Shown here: positions 12,151 through 24,985 of the stretch, in pieces | Numbering within the stretch: position 1 is the stretch's first letter | Layout: each line of letters starts with the position of its first letter | NCBI RefSeq assembly: GCF_006345805.1 | Contig: NC_042999.1 | Coordinates: 164,362,001-164,426,000, forward strand | DNA length: 64,000 nucleotides | Direction of reading: 5' to 3' | Origin: Octopus sinensis | Lineage: Eukaryota | Notes under the pieces: model-generated | The model's database searches: none | The model's input: the letters and a program-made list of their open reading frames with translations, nothing else | What the model was told of the DNA's origin: nothing | Made by a program: the position numbers and the translations under genes

Positions 12151-15100
12151 CCTTAACAATTTTAGAATTAGGGCATTAGGCAGAAAATTTGAAAGATTTA
12201 TTTCATTGATGCAAAAATAATTACTCCTTTCAACTTTGTTATTTAATACTAAATAAACCTTTATTTAATTTATATCCATACAATATACCTTTATTTCTAG
12301 ATGTGTTGTTAAGAATACATATAGAAAGTATGTGTCTAGCCTAGAGTGTATGTAGTTAGGGATACATAACACAATATGCACTATCAAATCTTTTATATGC
12401 ATTTTCTTCAATATTAGACATATACTTTAAAGATTTGATTGGATTTGACTCTACACTGAGCTGGTAAAATAACTACATTAGGGGGTTAACCAATGAGGGA
12501 ACCTCTTGAGTTTACAAGGCTACCTCATTGTGGTTACATAGCAGACAAATCACTGATTCTCTACTCCGTCAATTAAGATAAAGGAAAAACACATTCTATC
12601 CATCCATCTTCTCCACCAACTATTCATGGGAGGGTTGTAATGTTAGTGTCTTTAGACACCTCTTCCATAGGGTCCTGTTAGAAGCAACTGTCATTACATT
12701 TTCAGGTTGGATTCCTAAGCATGACCAACAAGACTATGGATAGTACCAAACCATCTCATCTGAGTCTACCCCTAGATTTCCTGCCAAATTCACTCAGTTT
12801 CATGATAGACTATATCTGCAAAAAAGAACAGGATTGTTATGGGTGGAAGGACTTTGATCATAGGTTTGCTTGTTTAAGACAAAGACTAAACACATTACCC
12901 AATCTAGCAGCTCCCTCTACATCACACCCTAGCTTTATCAACCCCCATCCCAAATATTCTATCATTTGTGTCAATCCAAAACAAAATAAAATTATCTTTG
13001 TAGATTTCATTTAGATTTCATTTTATAGATTTGAACTGTTAGTGCCGTGTGTCATAGAAGTTTCCTAAGTTTGCTTTCACTGTTTTTTGTTGTATATATA
13101 AATTAGCAGAGATGAGCTTACATTGTCGTGTGAGAAGGGAACATTCACACTAGAATTATATATGGTTAACCAGAAATATGGTTATTGATGTTGCTGAAGG
13201 CCATTCATGTTTTCTTTTTTAAAGTTTACAGCAGGATAGGTCCCACCAAATATGCTATGTATGCAGATATGTTCATTATAAATATTTCTTCTAATATTAC
13301 TCTGAAGTTCTGATTATATATACTTTTTATTGTAGCCTGGAATATTTAATGAAATAACCTCACTCTGGGTTGGGTACTAATATATGTGGTATTGTGTCAG
13401 ATAGAAGAATGTGAAAAAGTTGACCCTTCAGTTTTTTAGGCCAGCTTTCTTAGAAAAGCTGACAAACAAGATAAAAAGAGGGAGAAGTATAGGTCAATTC
13501 CTAGCACAGTCTTTTCTCTCTCTCTTTTTTAATGAAGAACAATTACAATTGTCTTTCTGTTTACTTCATTTTTTCTGTCACAATAAAATTTAGAATTTGT
13601 ATGAATTTGGCTGAAAGAATCCTTGAAAAAATGGAAAGCAGCATGTGTAACTATCATCATTGTTTTACCATCTGTATTTGTTTTTTTTTTATGTATTTCC
13701 TCTTCAACAAACATGATAAAATAGAATTGTAATTTCAAACCTGTTTGAAATTAAAACTGTTTTATCAAAGAGATTGAGAAATATCTATTAAATTGATAAT
13801 TATTTTTTTTCAAAACTAATTCATTGTTGAAGTGTGTCCTCAAAAACCAAGAAATGCTACAAAACATGTGATAATGTAAAGCGATAGTGCATGATAATGT
13901 GATATCACACATATGCATACATACACATATGCATACATACACACATATAGTTAATATGTAAAATAATATAATAGCCAAATTGTTGAAAATATAAGCAAGT
14001 TAAAATATTAGAATGTTAAGGATTTTCTGAAGAGTTTGTAATTGTTAATTTGAACAAAAAAAAAAAAAAATTTTAGCCAGAAAAAGCTGGTTGACTCCCG
14101 TAAGTTTAGGGAATCAGCAAGAAAGCGTCTATGTAATCATTCAACCTACTAGAAATAGTCACCAAATCTACCTCCAATCTTACCACACCAACTTAAAAGA
14201 GGAAGGACGCTGGATAATGGAGTTCTAAATACACTTCGCTTAGTAAATAATAGCGTTGGGGTTACAAGTATTTAATTATATGTCTGGTTAGTGAGGACAT
14301 TGGGTTGGAAGTGCTAAACAACAATTTAAAACCTTCAGGTTTCTCTTACGTTTGCTATCCAAAACTAAATGGAGTGGGGAAAGAAAATGTTTGTTTTTGT
14401 AATTATGAATGAAGAATGAACGTTTTATAAATAACAACATTTAGCGGTGTTGAATGGTGAGGGGATTTTTGATCAGCTAAAGCAGAAGCATTTAGATTAG
14501 AGGTTGTGTAGGGGTATGTGAAAGAAGTAAAGAAAAAACAAAACAAAACAAAATGAGACAAAATTTTTAAAAAATAGTCACAAAGATAAAAAGAGATTTA
14601 AAGGAAACAAAAAGATCTCTGAGGAGAACATAATTAAGACAAGCATTCTCTGTATTTCAGTAGATTAGGTCAAAGGTAAATATTTTAAAATCATAAAGTA
14701 CTATAGCACCAAGATATTTACATAGCTGTTATATACATAAAGCATAAGAGAAACAAATATATATATATTGTTATATTTCGGGATGGTCTTTATTTTTTTC
14801 TTTTTCTTTTGCCAAATCAACACATGCACTATAAATTCATTCTTCACTTCAGCGTTATTATTGTGCTTATTTTTGTGTCTTTTGTTTGAAATCTGCCGTC
14901 ACACATTTTTGACCTCTTCAGCAACTCTCCATACTACGTGTCTCCTCCTATGATAAAGACAATAGTAAAGCTGAAGTGAAGAACGAATATATAGGGCATG
15001 TGTTTATTGGGCAAAAAAAATGAATAAAATAAATAAATAAATGAGCATCCTGGAATATAAAGATATGTTTCAAAACATGATTTCACATCAGCAATCTTGC

Positions 15101-15197
15101 AAAACAAATAGCTAAAAGTGTGTGTATGTGACCTCGTGTGTACTGTTGGCGATTTTTTTCCTCTGTCTTCCCTGCTCTGGATCTTTCCTTCTCCTAT

Positions 15198-15232
15198 GTT
15201 TCCGACGAAGAGCTCCGCTCGAAACGTTAAAC
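15198..15232 (+). ncRNA. Minimal hammerhead motif in a Penelope pLTR-like repeat (~15125-15335)
   Basis: GTTT-CCGACGA-A-GAGC tcc GCTC-GAAA-CGT-T-AAAC. Palindromic helix III (ACGT), GUU site, U4C core variant. Confidence 0.65.
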
Positions 15233-15330
15233 CCTCCTTCTTTCCTTCTTTCCTGTGCGTCCAATAATACTATATTTGTTCCACGTCCTCGCGTTGTTGT
15301 GTTTTTTTTTGTGCTTTCTTGTTTGGATTA

Positions 15331-15398
<68 letters not shown>

Positions 15399-15818
15399 TC
15401 ACATATATACAGAAGGTCATCTGGCTGTGAAAAGATAACAAACTGCAATGCAATAATATATTTGATTAACACTTACTTGTATGGAAAAATATTGAGATGA
15501 ATTTCATCATCATTTAGCTTCCATTTTCCATGCTGGCATGGGTTGGATGGTTTGAACGGATCCAGTGAGCCAAAGGGTTGTGACTTGTTTCCATTACCAA
15601 CCACTTTACAGTGTGTGTGTGTATCAATATTATGTTCCATTTTTTTCCCCCATACTAGAATGGGTTTAATGGGTCTGCTGCTACTCTTTGTCATCTTGCG
15701 ACATATACCAACATTTATTCAATTTTTTAGAAACATCTTCAGATTTGTATGATTGGTTGCCCTTCTTATCACTAGTGAAACTGTCTGTGACAAATCTGAG
15801 CAGGTCTACTCCACCCTG

Positions 15819-16894
15819 TAAGATGCAATCCAGAAGTTTTCAGACTTTTTCAGGAGAGACATTTATTAATTCCAAGAAGTACAAAATTGGACCCTCTGAC
15901 TTCAATACACTTTGTGAAGACCCCATTCAAGTCCTCCAAAGTGAAGGTGCCCAGCACTTTGGTCACTGCCTTCTTCATCTTCAAAGCAACTAACTCTGAG
16001 GTTCTCCTCCAGCTTGGAGAACAAGCAAAATTCACAGGGAGCAAGGTCCTGACTGCAGGTAGGATGAGGATCAGTTTTGATGCCTGTTCTGCCAAGTAGT
16101 TGGCTACCAGGGACATGGAAACACTGAGCACTCTGGGAACAGACTGTTCACTTAGTTTGCACATGTTCAGATCTTCATGAATAAATTCTGTGCACAATTA
16201 CTACACCAATTCCAAACTGTGTGGTTAGTGTCTTTATGGACATTCAATGGTCATCATTCATAAAATTGTGTATTTTCTCAACCAGCTCTGCTGTTCTAAC
16301 ATCCCTCATCTTCATGCACCTCTCACCACCTCTCTACTCTTCTTGAACCTCTTCTGCTAATGAAAGAGTTAATCCATAAGCAGTCTGGAGCATTCTATAA
16401 CGTTTTTGCCCAGTTTAACCCTTTCATTACTAACCTGGCTGAAACCGGCTCTGGCTCTGTTTTACAAATACCTTGTTTTCATAAGGTTTTAATTAAAATC
16501 TTCCACCAAACCTTAGTCACAATTTATGTTCCTCATACTAGCTGAATGATAACTAAGTTATTTTACAAAATTCTTTGTTATATTTAAAGTAATTGAAAGA
16601 AACATAGAACATCTCAACAGAAATACAGTAATGAAAAGGTTAACACAAATCTTTATTGCATAACAAGCTTCCAAACATCCCAACTGCATTCTGCAAAATA
16701 GTCAGCTGTGACCACCAGTGTTACTGAGGTATGTTCAAAGTGTTGTTACTGCTGTCTCCTTTGGTCTGGAATAATAAAAGTTGGCAGGTCATCTTATTCA
16801 GTGTATAGCAATGATATAGTAAAATTATAAAAATCTCGAACAGCTATGACAGCCTTACCTTGAAAGTCTTAAAACTTCTGGAATGCTGCTTGTA
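15819..16894 (-). mobile_element. Second mariner family, internally deleted, interrupted by a TTAA MITE
   Basis: TIRs tccagaagttttcagacttt / aaagtcttaaaacttctgga. Fragments MQLGCLEACYAIKICV|KLGKN, IHEDLNMCKLSEQSVPRVLS and KKAVTKVLGTFTLEDLNGVFTKCIEVRGS resemble mariner transposase. Confidence 0.85.
16419..16639. mobile_element. TTAA-flanked (piggyBac-like) MITE, family A
   Basis: TTAA|ccctttcattac ... gtaatgaaaagg|TTAA. Splits the mariner reading frame at a TTAA site. Confidence 0.85.
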
Positions 16895-16987
16895 TATCAG
16901 TTATCATTCAAAGTCTCTGCTCTCCTAAAGAGGTTGATTACTATACAGCTTACAAAATTCACACATCTTTCATTTGTTCATTTCTCT

Positions 16988-18151
16988 TTAGGTCATCCCA
17001 AAAATAATGTTTTCAAAATTAAGATAAAGTTCTTTCTTAATCTAAAATATACTTTCCTTCATTTTCTACGATGCTCTTCCATCTCTCTGCTAGACTTGCA
17101 AGGCCCCTCTTGTCCGTGATGAAAAATACTCCTCCAGTACTGTTCTGACCTTCTCTACAGAATTCATATTTTTTCTGTCCAAATGATTTTGAAGACTGCA
17201 GAATGAATGATAATCAGACGGGGCCAAGTATTATCCTGATGGAAGAACACCTTTCCTCTTGAAACGAAAGGTGGTCATTTTTTTTCTACTGCTACCTTAA
17301 GCTGCTCAGGCTGCCCACAGTGGATCTCCTTCATTACTGTTTGGTTTGGGTTTAAACGTTCAAAGTGGATTAAACCTTTCATATCCCACCAAACAGATTA
17401 ACAACATCATACTAGGATGAAGACCTTCTTTAGCCTGGGGTGCCAGTGTTTCTCATTTCTCTACCCACTGTCTTTTGGCATTTTTATAGAGAACCCATTT
17501 CTCATCACCAGTCACTATTTGGTCCAAAAAAGGTTCATTCATGAGACATGGCAGCAAAGAAGAGCACACATTCACTCTCTGCATGCAATTAGATTCAGAA
17601 AGATTGTGAGGAACCCACTGACCCAATTTGCTGACGTTTCCGACAGCACGTAGGTGTCGACAAATGGTTGAATGACCAAATCCAGTCTTCTCTGCTAGTT
17701 CCTCAAGAGTTATGATGGGATTGTTTTCTACCAGGGTTTGCAGGATGTCTTCGTTGAACTCTACAGATCTTCCAGGATAAGGCTCTTCTTCTAGGCTGTA
17801 GTTTCTGGCTTGGAATTTTTGGTCTCACTGCTGACACTGGCTTATGCTTATTGTCCAATCCCCATATACTGCATTAATATTCCTTGCACTTTCTGTTGCA
17901 TTGTTGCCTTTATTGAACTCATAAAGCAAATTATGCCGAATGTGCTCCTTTGTCACTTCCATTATAGCTTTGAAAAAATAACTATTAAAATTGAATTGCA
18001 CTCTTCAAAACTTGCACTAAGAATAAGGAAAAAAGGGTAAAATTACCAACTGCTTTTATAGCAAGTGGATGCAGGTAGTTTATCCCATACCCTTCCGACT
18101 TTTAGTTCATGCAGTTGAAAAAAATGACATTATTTATGGGATGACCCAATA
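16988..18151 (-). mobile_element. Mariner transposon, decayed, with TIRs (transposase pseudogene 17962->17037)
   Basis: TIRs ggtcatcccaaaaataatg / cattatttatgggatgacc. Minus strand encodes MEVTKEHIRHNLLYEFNKG...WVPHNL...IVTGDEKWVLY...FHQDN...LAPSDYH...ERWKSIVENEGKYILD*, with stops, frameshifts and deletions. Confidence 0.93.
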
Positions 18152-21100
18152 GCTATATATATATACAGACACACACACTCATACACACAGGTGTGTGTAG
18201 TGTGTGTGTGTGTTTGTATCGATATACATATATATGAGTGAGAGAGAGAGAGAGAGCAAGTTATCCTCTCTGTTCCTACTCCAAGTTTCTTGCAATATGC
18301 ATTCTTTTCTTTCAAGCAACAAAACGTTTTGGATTGTTTTTTTTTTTTTTTTTTGCTGGGGTGGGGCATAAGATTACAGTTTCTGGTTATTAAATGAATT
18401 ATTAGTAATTATTTATTGATCCTGAAAATCTGAAAATTAAATCTTTCTTTCTTTCTGGAAGAGAGTTGTGCTTTGCCAGATTTAAATATGCTCTATGTTG
18501 TGTTGGTGTCCTGTTATTTTTGCAGGAGTTAAGAGCTCAAGAGAGGGAGGACAAGCTTCACTTGGTGTGGTTTACTTTCAGATCATTTCCGATTGGGCAC
18601 GCTTATTACTAAAGGCATTTCAACAATAATCCTGCTGCCATTTATGCAAACTATATACCTACAATTACATTGTCCTGTATATTTTGCCTTCTGTAACCCT
18701 TTCACATTCAGATTAAGCTCTCAAATGCAACGTTTGTTTATTCACATTGTTTTGAATTAATCATGCACTATCTCACAGCTTTGAGATATTGATGATGTGA
18801 GCATTAATTTTTAGAATGACATTTTAGGATAGGTGTGAGAGGCTTGATCTAGCTGGTTTGAACCTAAAATAAGATAATTTTTGGCTGGATGTAGCTGGTT
18901 TAAATGATAAAGCATTAAGATTGTAGACTGATTTAATTGTGATTTATTTAATTGTGATTCCCAGCAGACCTATGATCAAAGGTATTCTGCTCTTGCCTTA
19001 TATTTTTCTCATTTTGTAGGGACACCTAGGACTACATTATCAATCATTTATTCAAGACAGTACAAATTTGTAATTTAAGGACAATTTAGCTGCTATTTCT
19101 AGCAAGTTTAACAGTCACATAAATGTCTTTCATTGGGTTCAGGTTTATTGTTGCTGTAGTGGTATTGTTGTTGTTTCATATATTTGATTTATTTTTCAAT
19201 TTCTTTTTGATTTCTATAGTTTTTTAACTGAGTTTTACCCAGTTTTTCCTACTCTCACCTCCACTCTTCCATTCTACCTTTCCCCCAACTTCCACTTACC
19301 TTTACAATTCCTGATAAGTTTCTACAAAAATGTACTTGTATGACCTCTCCCAACGCTTTTTTTTTTCTGTTGAGCTTTGTGTTGTCTGTAAATAAATGTT
19401 TGTTTGCTTATGTATGTATACACACACACACACACACATTTATGCATAAGCACACACTTTCACCTGTAGACATGTATGTGGGGTGTATTTTTTTATATCC
19501 TATGTGTCCTTTCATACTTTGTGTGCATTCAAGTGTATGTATGCACATTTATATCCTATGCGTATTTTCATATGTTTGTCTGTATGCTCACATATTTATC
19601 TGAGCATGTTTGCAAGCATATGTTCATTTATGTGTGAATATGTATATAAGTAGTGTATCCATATTTGTATAATTCCGTACGCAAATGTATGTATAGGTTA
19701 CATATGTAAAATATGTATGTCATAAGTATTACATCTGTGCAGGTAAGACTGAAAATAAAAAAAACCCAGTTGTAGGGCTACTGCCTCCATTCCATTGTTA
19801 TTCTCCAGATGTGTAAGCGTTGCTATAATACCATCAAGATTTAAAGACACATTTGTGATAAATTAGGGTGTATAGATATTATATTGATACCATCTAAAAA
19901 TGTAGACTTTGATAATTTATTGGCTGTGAAAACATTTTTGTGATATCATTCTGTTTTGTAGACATTACTGCAAAACTCTCTGGTGTGTGAACTATTTTGT
20001 GATGAATTAAGGTTTGTAGACGTGTACTTGTCCAGGTGTCTATACACAGCTATGACACTAACCCAAGTATGTTTGCAGTTTTGATATACCATTTAGATGT
20101 TCATATTGCTGTGGAACTATTCAGGTGTCCCCACAATCTGATGAAGCTGTGTAAATGTCTTTTAGAATGCCATGATACCATTCTTGTTGAAGACAATGTT
20201 ATAACAACATTCATGTACTCTTTTCTTCTTTTACTTGTTTTAATCATTTGACTGCAGCCATGCTGGAGCACCACCTTGAATGGTTTTTAGTCAAACAAAT
20301 TAACCTCGGGACTTTTTTTTTAAAGCCTAGTACTTATTTTTATATTTTACCAAACAGCTAAGTTATGTGGACGTAAACACACCAATACCAGTTGTCAAGC
20401 AGTGATAGGGGAACAAACACAGACAAAGACATACACACACACACATAGACCTATATATATTATATACGATGAGCTTTCAGTTTCTGTCTACCAAATCCAC
20501 TCACAAGGCTTTGGTTGACCCAAGGTGCCATGCTGTGGGATTGAACCTGGAACTATGCAATCAGGAAGCAAGCTTCTTACCACACAGCCTGTAGACAATG
20601 TTGTAATAACATACATATATGTTTGCACTTCTAATATCTACACGAATTTACAGTGCTCATGTAGATTTTAGAAATACAGACATCAGCACTGTGAACTCTT
20701 GTAGATATTAGAAGTGCAAATATCAGGGTTATTATTCCATGCTCTTCATATTATCCAACTGTGTTGTCAACTGCAATCCCATTCATGGTAATTCTTGTAT
20801 ATCTTGTAATAATTCTATCTTCTTTATGAGTCAGTGAGGCAGCACCTCCAAATGCACTCAGACTTGCTAGCAGCCAAATCCTCCTGAAATAATACCTTAT
20901 TGTTTTAATAAGAGTAATATAGGTATATAATACACTGTTTTTTGTTTTTTTAAGAAAAAAGGTTGGGTGGAATGGTAACAAATGAACATCTTTGATCTCA
21001 GGGACTGCCTTGACTTTGCAAAAGGACAACTACAGCTATTTCCCCTTAGATTTCCTTTTCAAGATCACATACACATCCACTTTTTCTTTCTCTCCCTCTT

Positions 21101-22246
21101 TCTGTCTATGCTCATGTGCATACGTGAACCCCTCCTTCTCCACCACCACTCACTCTACCCCTTCTCCCTCACTTCGTCTATACGCTCAACCTAAATGTTT
21201 CTGTCTGTCACACTTCCTCTACATGTGTACGCACACACACACACACGCACACACACAACTCTCTCTCTCTCTCTCTGTCTTTCTCTTCCGTTTCCCCCTA
21301 TGGCTTTTTCCTTTTTATACACAGACACACACACATACACTCACACACACCCACTTCCATACAATTTCAATAAAAGTCCACCAGCATCCAACATCCAACA
21401 ACATCTATTTTTAGCTTGCTATATATTAAGTTTCTATTTGTGTATGAAACTAAGTCATACACGTATTTACATCATATAAATTACATAGATTCATAAGTTT
21501 GACATTTCTTAACAGTTCCCTCTTGAGATACAAAACTGTCACCTTAAATATCGTTATGTATTTCATATGTAGTGTAGTTCAGAAGTGGCTAGCATTTAAA
21601 TGACATTTAAAATTTCTATTTCTATTTTGTTACAATTTTGTTTTCACTGGAGCAGGAGTGGTTGTGTGGTAAAGAAGCTTGCTTCCCAACCATGTGGTCT
21701 TTGGTTCAGTCCCACTGTATGGCACCTTCAGAATCCTTCTAAAAAATTACATGATCTGGGTCCTTTCTTAAGCTCAAAATGTTAAGATTTTGCATGCTGT
21801 CCTTATGAGTGGGAATTCATTTTGGCAATGGGGTTATGTCCATTTTTGGAGTAAAGAATCTTACACACTTCACCCCTGGCTAACATCAATCTATGAGAAA
21901 GAATTATTTTTCTCCTGAAAAAAGACTATAATTTTCTTCACTATGTTTTGTTTAATTTCTTTTTTTTCCAACACCAGGCCACCCAGTGTCCATATTATAC
22001 TTCCAGCTTAAAAGCAGCTATGTACTTTTGGCCAGTATGTCCCAAGGAGTTCTCACTGTTGCTTAAGTGCAATAGTTGGTGTGAAACCAACTGTAATATT
22101 TTGACCAGTTATATGCCATAACCAGTAATATACAGCTACTTTTTTTTATCCTTTGTTATTGACTTTCCTGTTCATTTGGACTCAACATTATGTTGTGGCT
22201 GACTTGGGAATGTAAAGTTCATTGAGGTAATTTCAGCTTGATGATT

Positions 22247-22319
22247 AGCTACGCTGAGGAGAGTTCATTGTGCAACACTTGCATAATGAGCTCCAGTTGG
22301 TTGAGAAACATGCGTAGCT
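22247..22319 (+). ncRNA. Hammerhead-ribozyme-like motif (type I) with long helix II
   Basis: AGCTACG-CTGAGGA-[GAGTTCATTGTGCAA cac TTGCATAATGAGCTC]-cagttggttga-GAAA-CATG-CGTAGCT: 7-bp helix I and 15-bp helix II. Confidence 0.6.
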
Positions 22320-22752
22320 TACATTTTACCTGCTCCCCTCCTTTGAATTTGTAATTTTATTCACATTTTTAGCAGCATTAGTTGCTAACAGTGAGTTGTA
22401 GAGAAACTATCAGCCTATTGAAATATTTAGTAACTTTGATATAAGAAAAAATGCATATATATATATTTGTTCAACTAAACCCATCAAAACAAGGGACCAG
22501 CATAACCACGGGGACTGAAGCAAATAAAAGAAGGATCTGCTTTAATACTAACTTATGAATTATAATTAGAAATGGCTCTGATGAAAGTAACATTAATTTT
22601 CTTGGATTATTCAATTTGCCTCAATGGATCAATAGGCTAATTGAGTAAACCTAACAGTAATGTACGTATAATGACTACTGGAAACAGCCGTAAGCCAAAT
22701 TTGCTCCAATAAAGGAATAATATGTCATGACCATTATTTTCAAATTGCTTCT

Positions 22753-22790
<38 letters not shown>

Positions 22791-24921
22791 TACACATTTG
22801 CTTTATATGTTTTAGAAAAGTGTCTTTCTCAAAAGATGACAATATTCATAGCTCTGAAACTAACACAATACCATGATAACCCTGTTCATGTGTCTGGGTA
22901 CACCTTGTTCAAATGCCCAGTGTGATCTTAGGGCAGCTGACCATGTGAATGGAAGTGTAGTTGCCTACACACACACACACACATATGTACACACACACAC
23001 ATACGTACATGCATACAGAAATACTGGAGTTGATTTGTTCAGCTGAACCCATCAAGACAAATACTAACTTTGCTATTTTGTTGTCAATATCTTTTAATAC
23101 ATGCATATATAATACACAAACACACACACACACAGATGTATTCACATGCACGCATGCACACACACATGTATACACACATGCATGCACACACACACATGTA
23201 GAGAGAGAGAGGGAGAGGGAGAGCAATACAAAAATACCCCAATTACTTTGGGTTTGACTATTGTGGCCTTTGCTTTTTGTAATTTTCCATAAAAATTTGG
23301 ATATTCTGCATAAGAATTTAATTTACTGTGACATACAGTACATATAATAAATAAAGAAGAAATATAATCTGGTATAATTCCCCCTTGACTATCATTTCTT
23401 CTTTCTGTTGTTTGCAGATATATTGTTCTTTGCTATGTCTGCATACTGTGCATATATGCTTTGTGATTTTCAGGTTTTTGTGTAAATTTATAGAGTGTTA
23501 ATTTGATAACTGTACTGTTGAAAGCCATGTTAATTGTGGGGTTACTGTATTTCTAAACCTCAGTTTGTTTTCATGAGTTCTAAATGAATGAATCCTTTAG
23601 TACAAGTGGTGAAATTGCTAAGAGGAGTTTGTAAAATTAGCAATAATTAGCAAGTATAAAAGTGGTGTGACCAAAGCTAAAACAAACCAAGTCTATGCTA
23701 TTGGCAAATTAACAGAGTGTACTATTTTTCAGAATACAAAGCTTTATAAAGAATAGGGTTAAATGCTGCTTCATCACTGGATTTCCAAGTAACAATAAAA
23801 ATAATCTTTGTAATAGTTTAATCAGAAGTCTTTTGTCAATTTGGATCAAACATTGCAATTAAAGGTATGTTCTTTCTAGTCAAATGGTCATCAAAATGAA
23901 GGTTGTCTGTCTGTTTGCAATAGTCTCGAAGGGCAAACAAATGAAATATTTCAAAGCAAATGCCGCTAAATATTCTTGCCAAATTGAAGAAAGAAAAAAA
24001 TTGTTGAAGAAGTTGGTTATGTTAATGAGCACTTATTAGCAAAATTTAACCTGACGATTTCTACCCCTAATTAGTTGTCTTTGCTGTTGTCAGCAATGGC
24101 AACTAGTTTGGTCAGCTCTCGTCCAAACAAACTTATTGTTAAAGATATCCTAACCATAACCATTCCCCACCCTATCCTGTTTATTTTAGGCATATTGTAT
24201 CTATGACTAAATACATTTCCAATGTGTCCTTCCAGTTTTTGAGATTATAGAGTGTGATAGATTTGGCTACTATTTCTAGCAAGTTGGGCAACCTCATATA
24301 TGCCTTATGATCTAAGTTATTTAGATTATACTAAAAATATTTTTGCTGCTTGAATCCATAACTGAAAAAGGCAAGAATATGTGGTTCTGATAGTAGTGTG
24401 ATTTGAAACACAATGTCTACCAACAGGATTTGGCTTTACTCCTTGTATGTAAATATTTACACATGAGTATTGAGATGTCATCAAAAGATGCTAAAATTCT
24501 TGTTCTTCATCACCTTCCACACACTCCTATTCCCCACACAAACACATTTCTTGCTCTCTCTCATAATACACACACACACACACACACACACAAGCATAGC
24601 TATATATAAGTAACCTAATTTTCAAGTGTATTTTTAGAACATCCGATGTGACTGTATGGTTGTTCAGCTATCTCAAAGATGTGCAACATTATTGAATCAG
24701 AGCCAAGATGTGATCCAGTCACAATTATCACATTCCTTACCTATAGTTATCTTCCTCATAGTTTAGTACTTTCAAACATTTTCCTAATATATTTAGGAAA
24801 CTAATGAAATTGTTTTAATTGAATGAATGAACAACCAAACATTGCAAAAATTACATGCTCCAAAGAATATCATTGAAGAAATCTGGTAATTGTACAATGT
24901 GTCAGTATGTATGTATGTGTA

Positions 24922-24985
<64 letters not shown>

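Noticed and set aside
18526-18564. 39-bp cassette-exon candidate (tttttgcag...gtgtgg)
   Set aside because: Weak donor and an immediate TAA in the phase required by the kinase. No other support.
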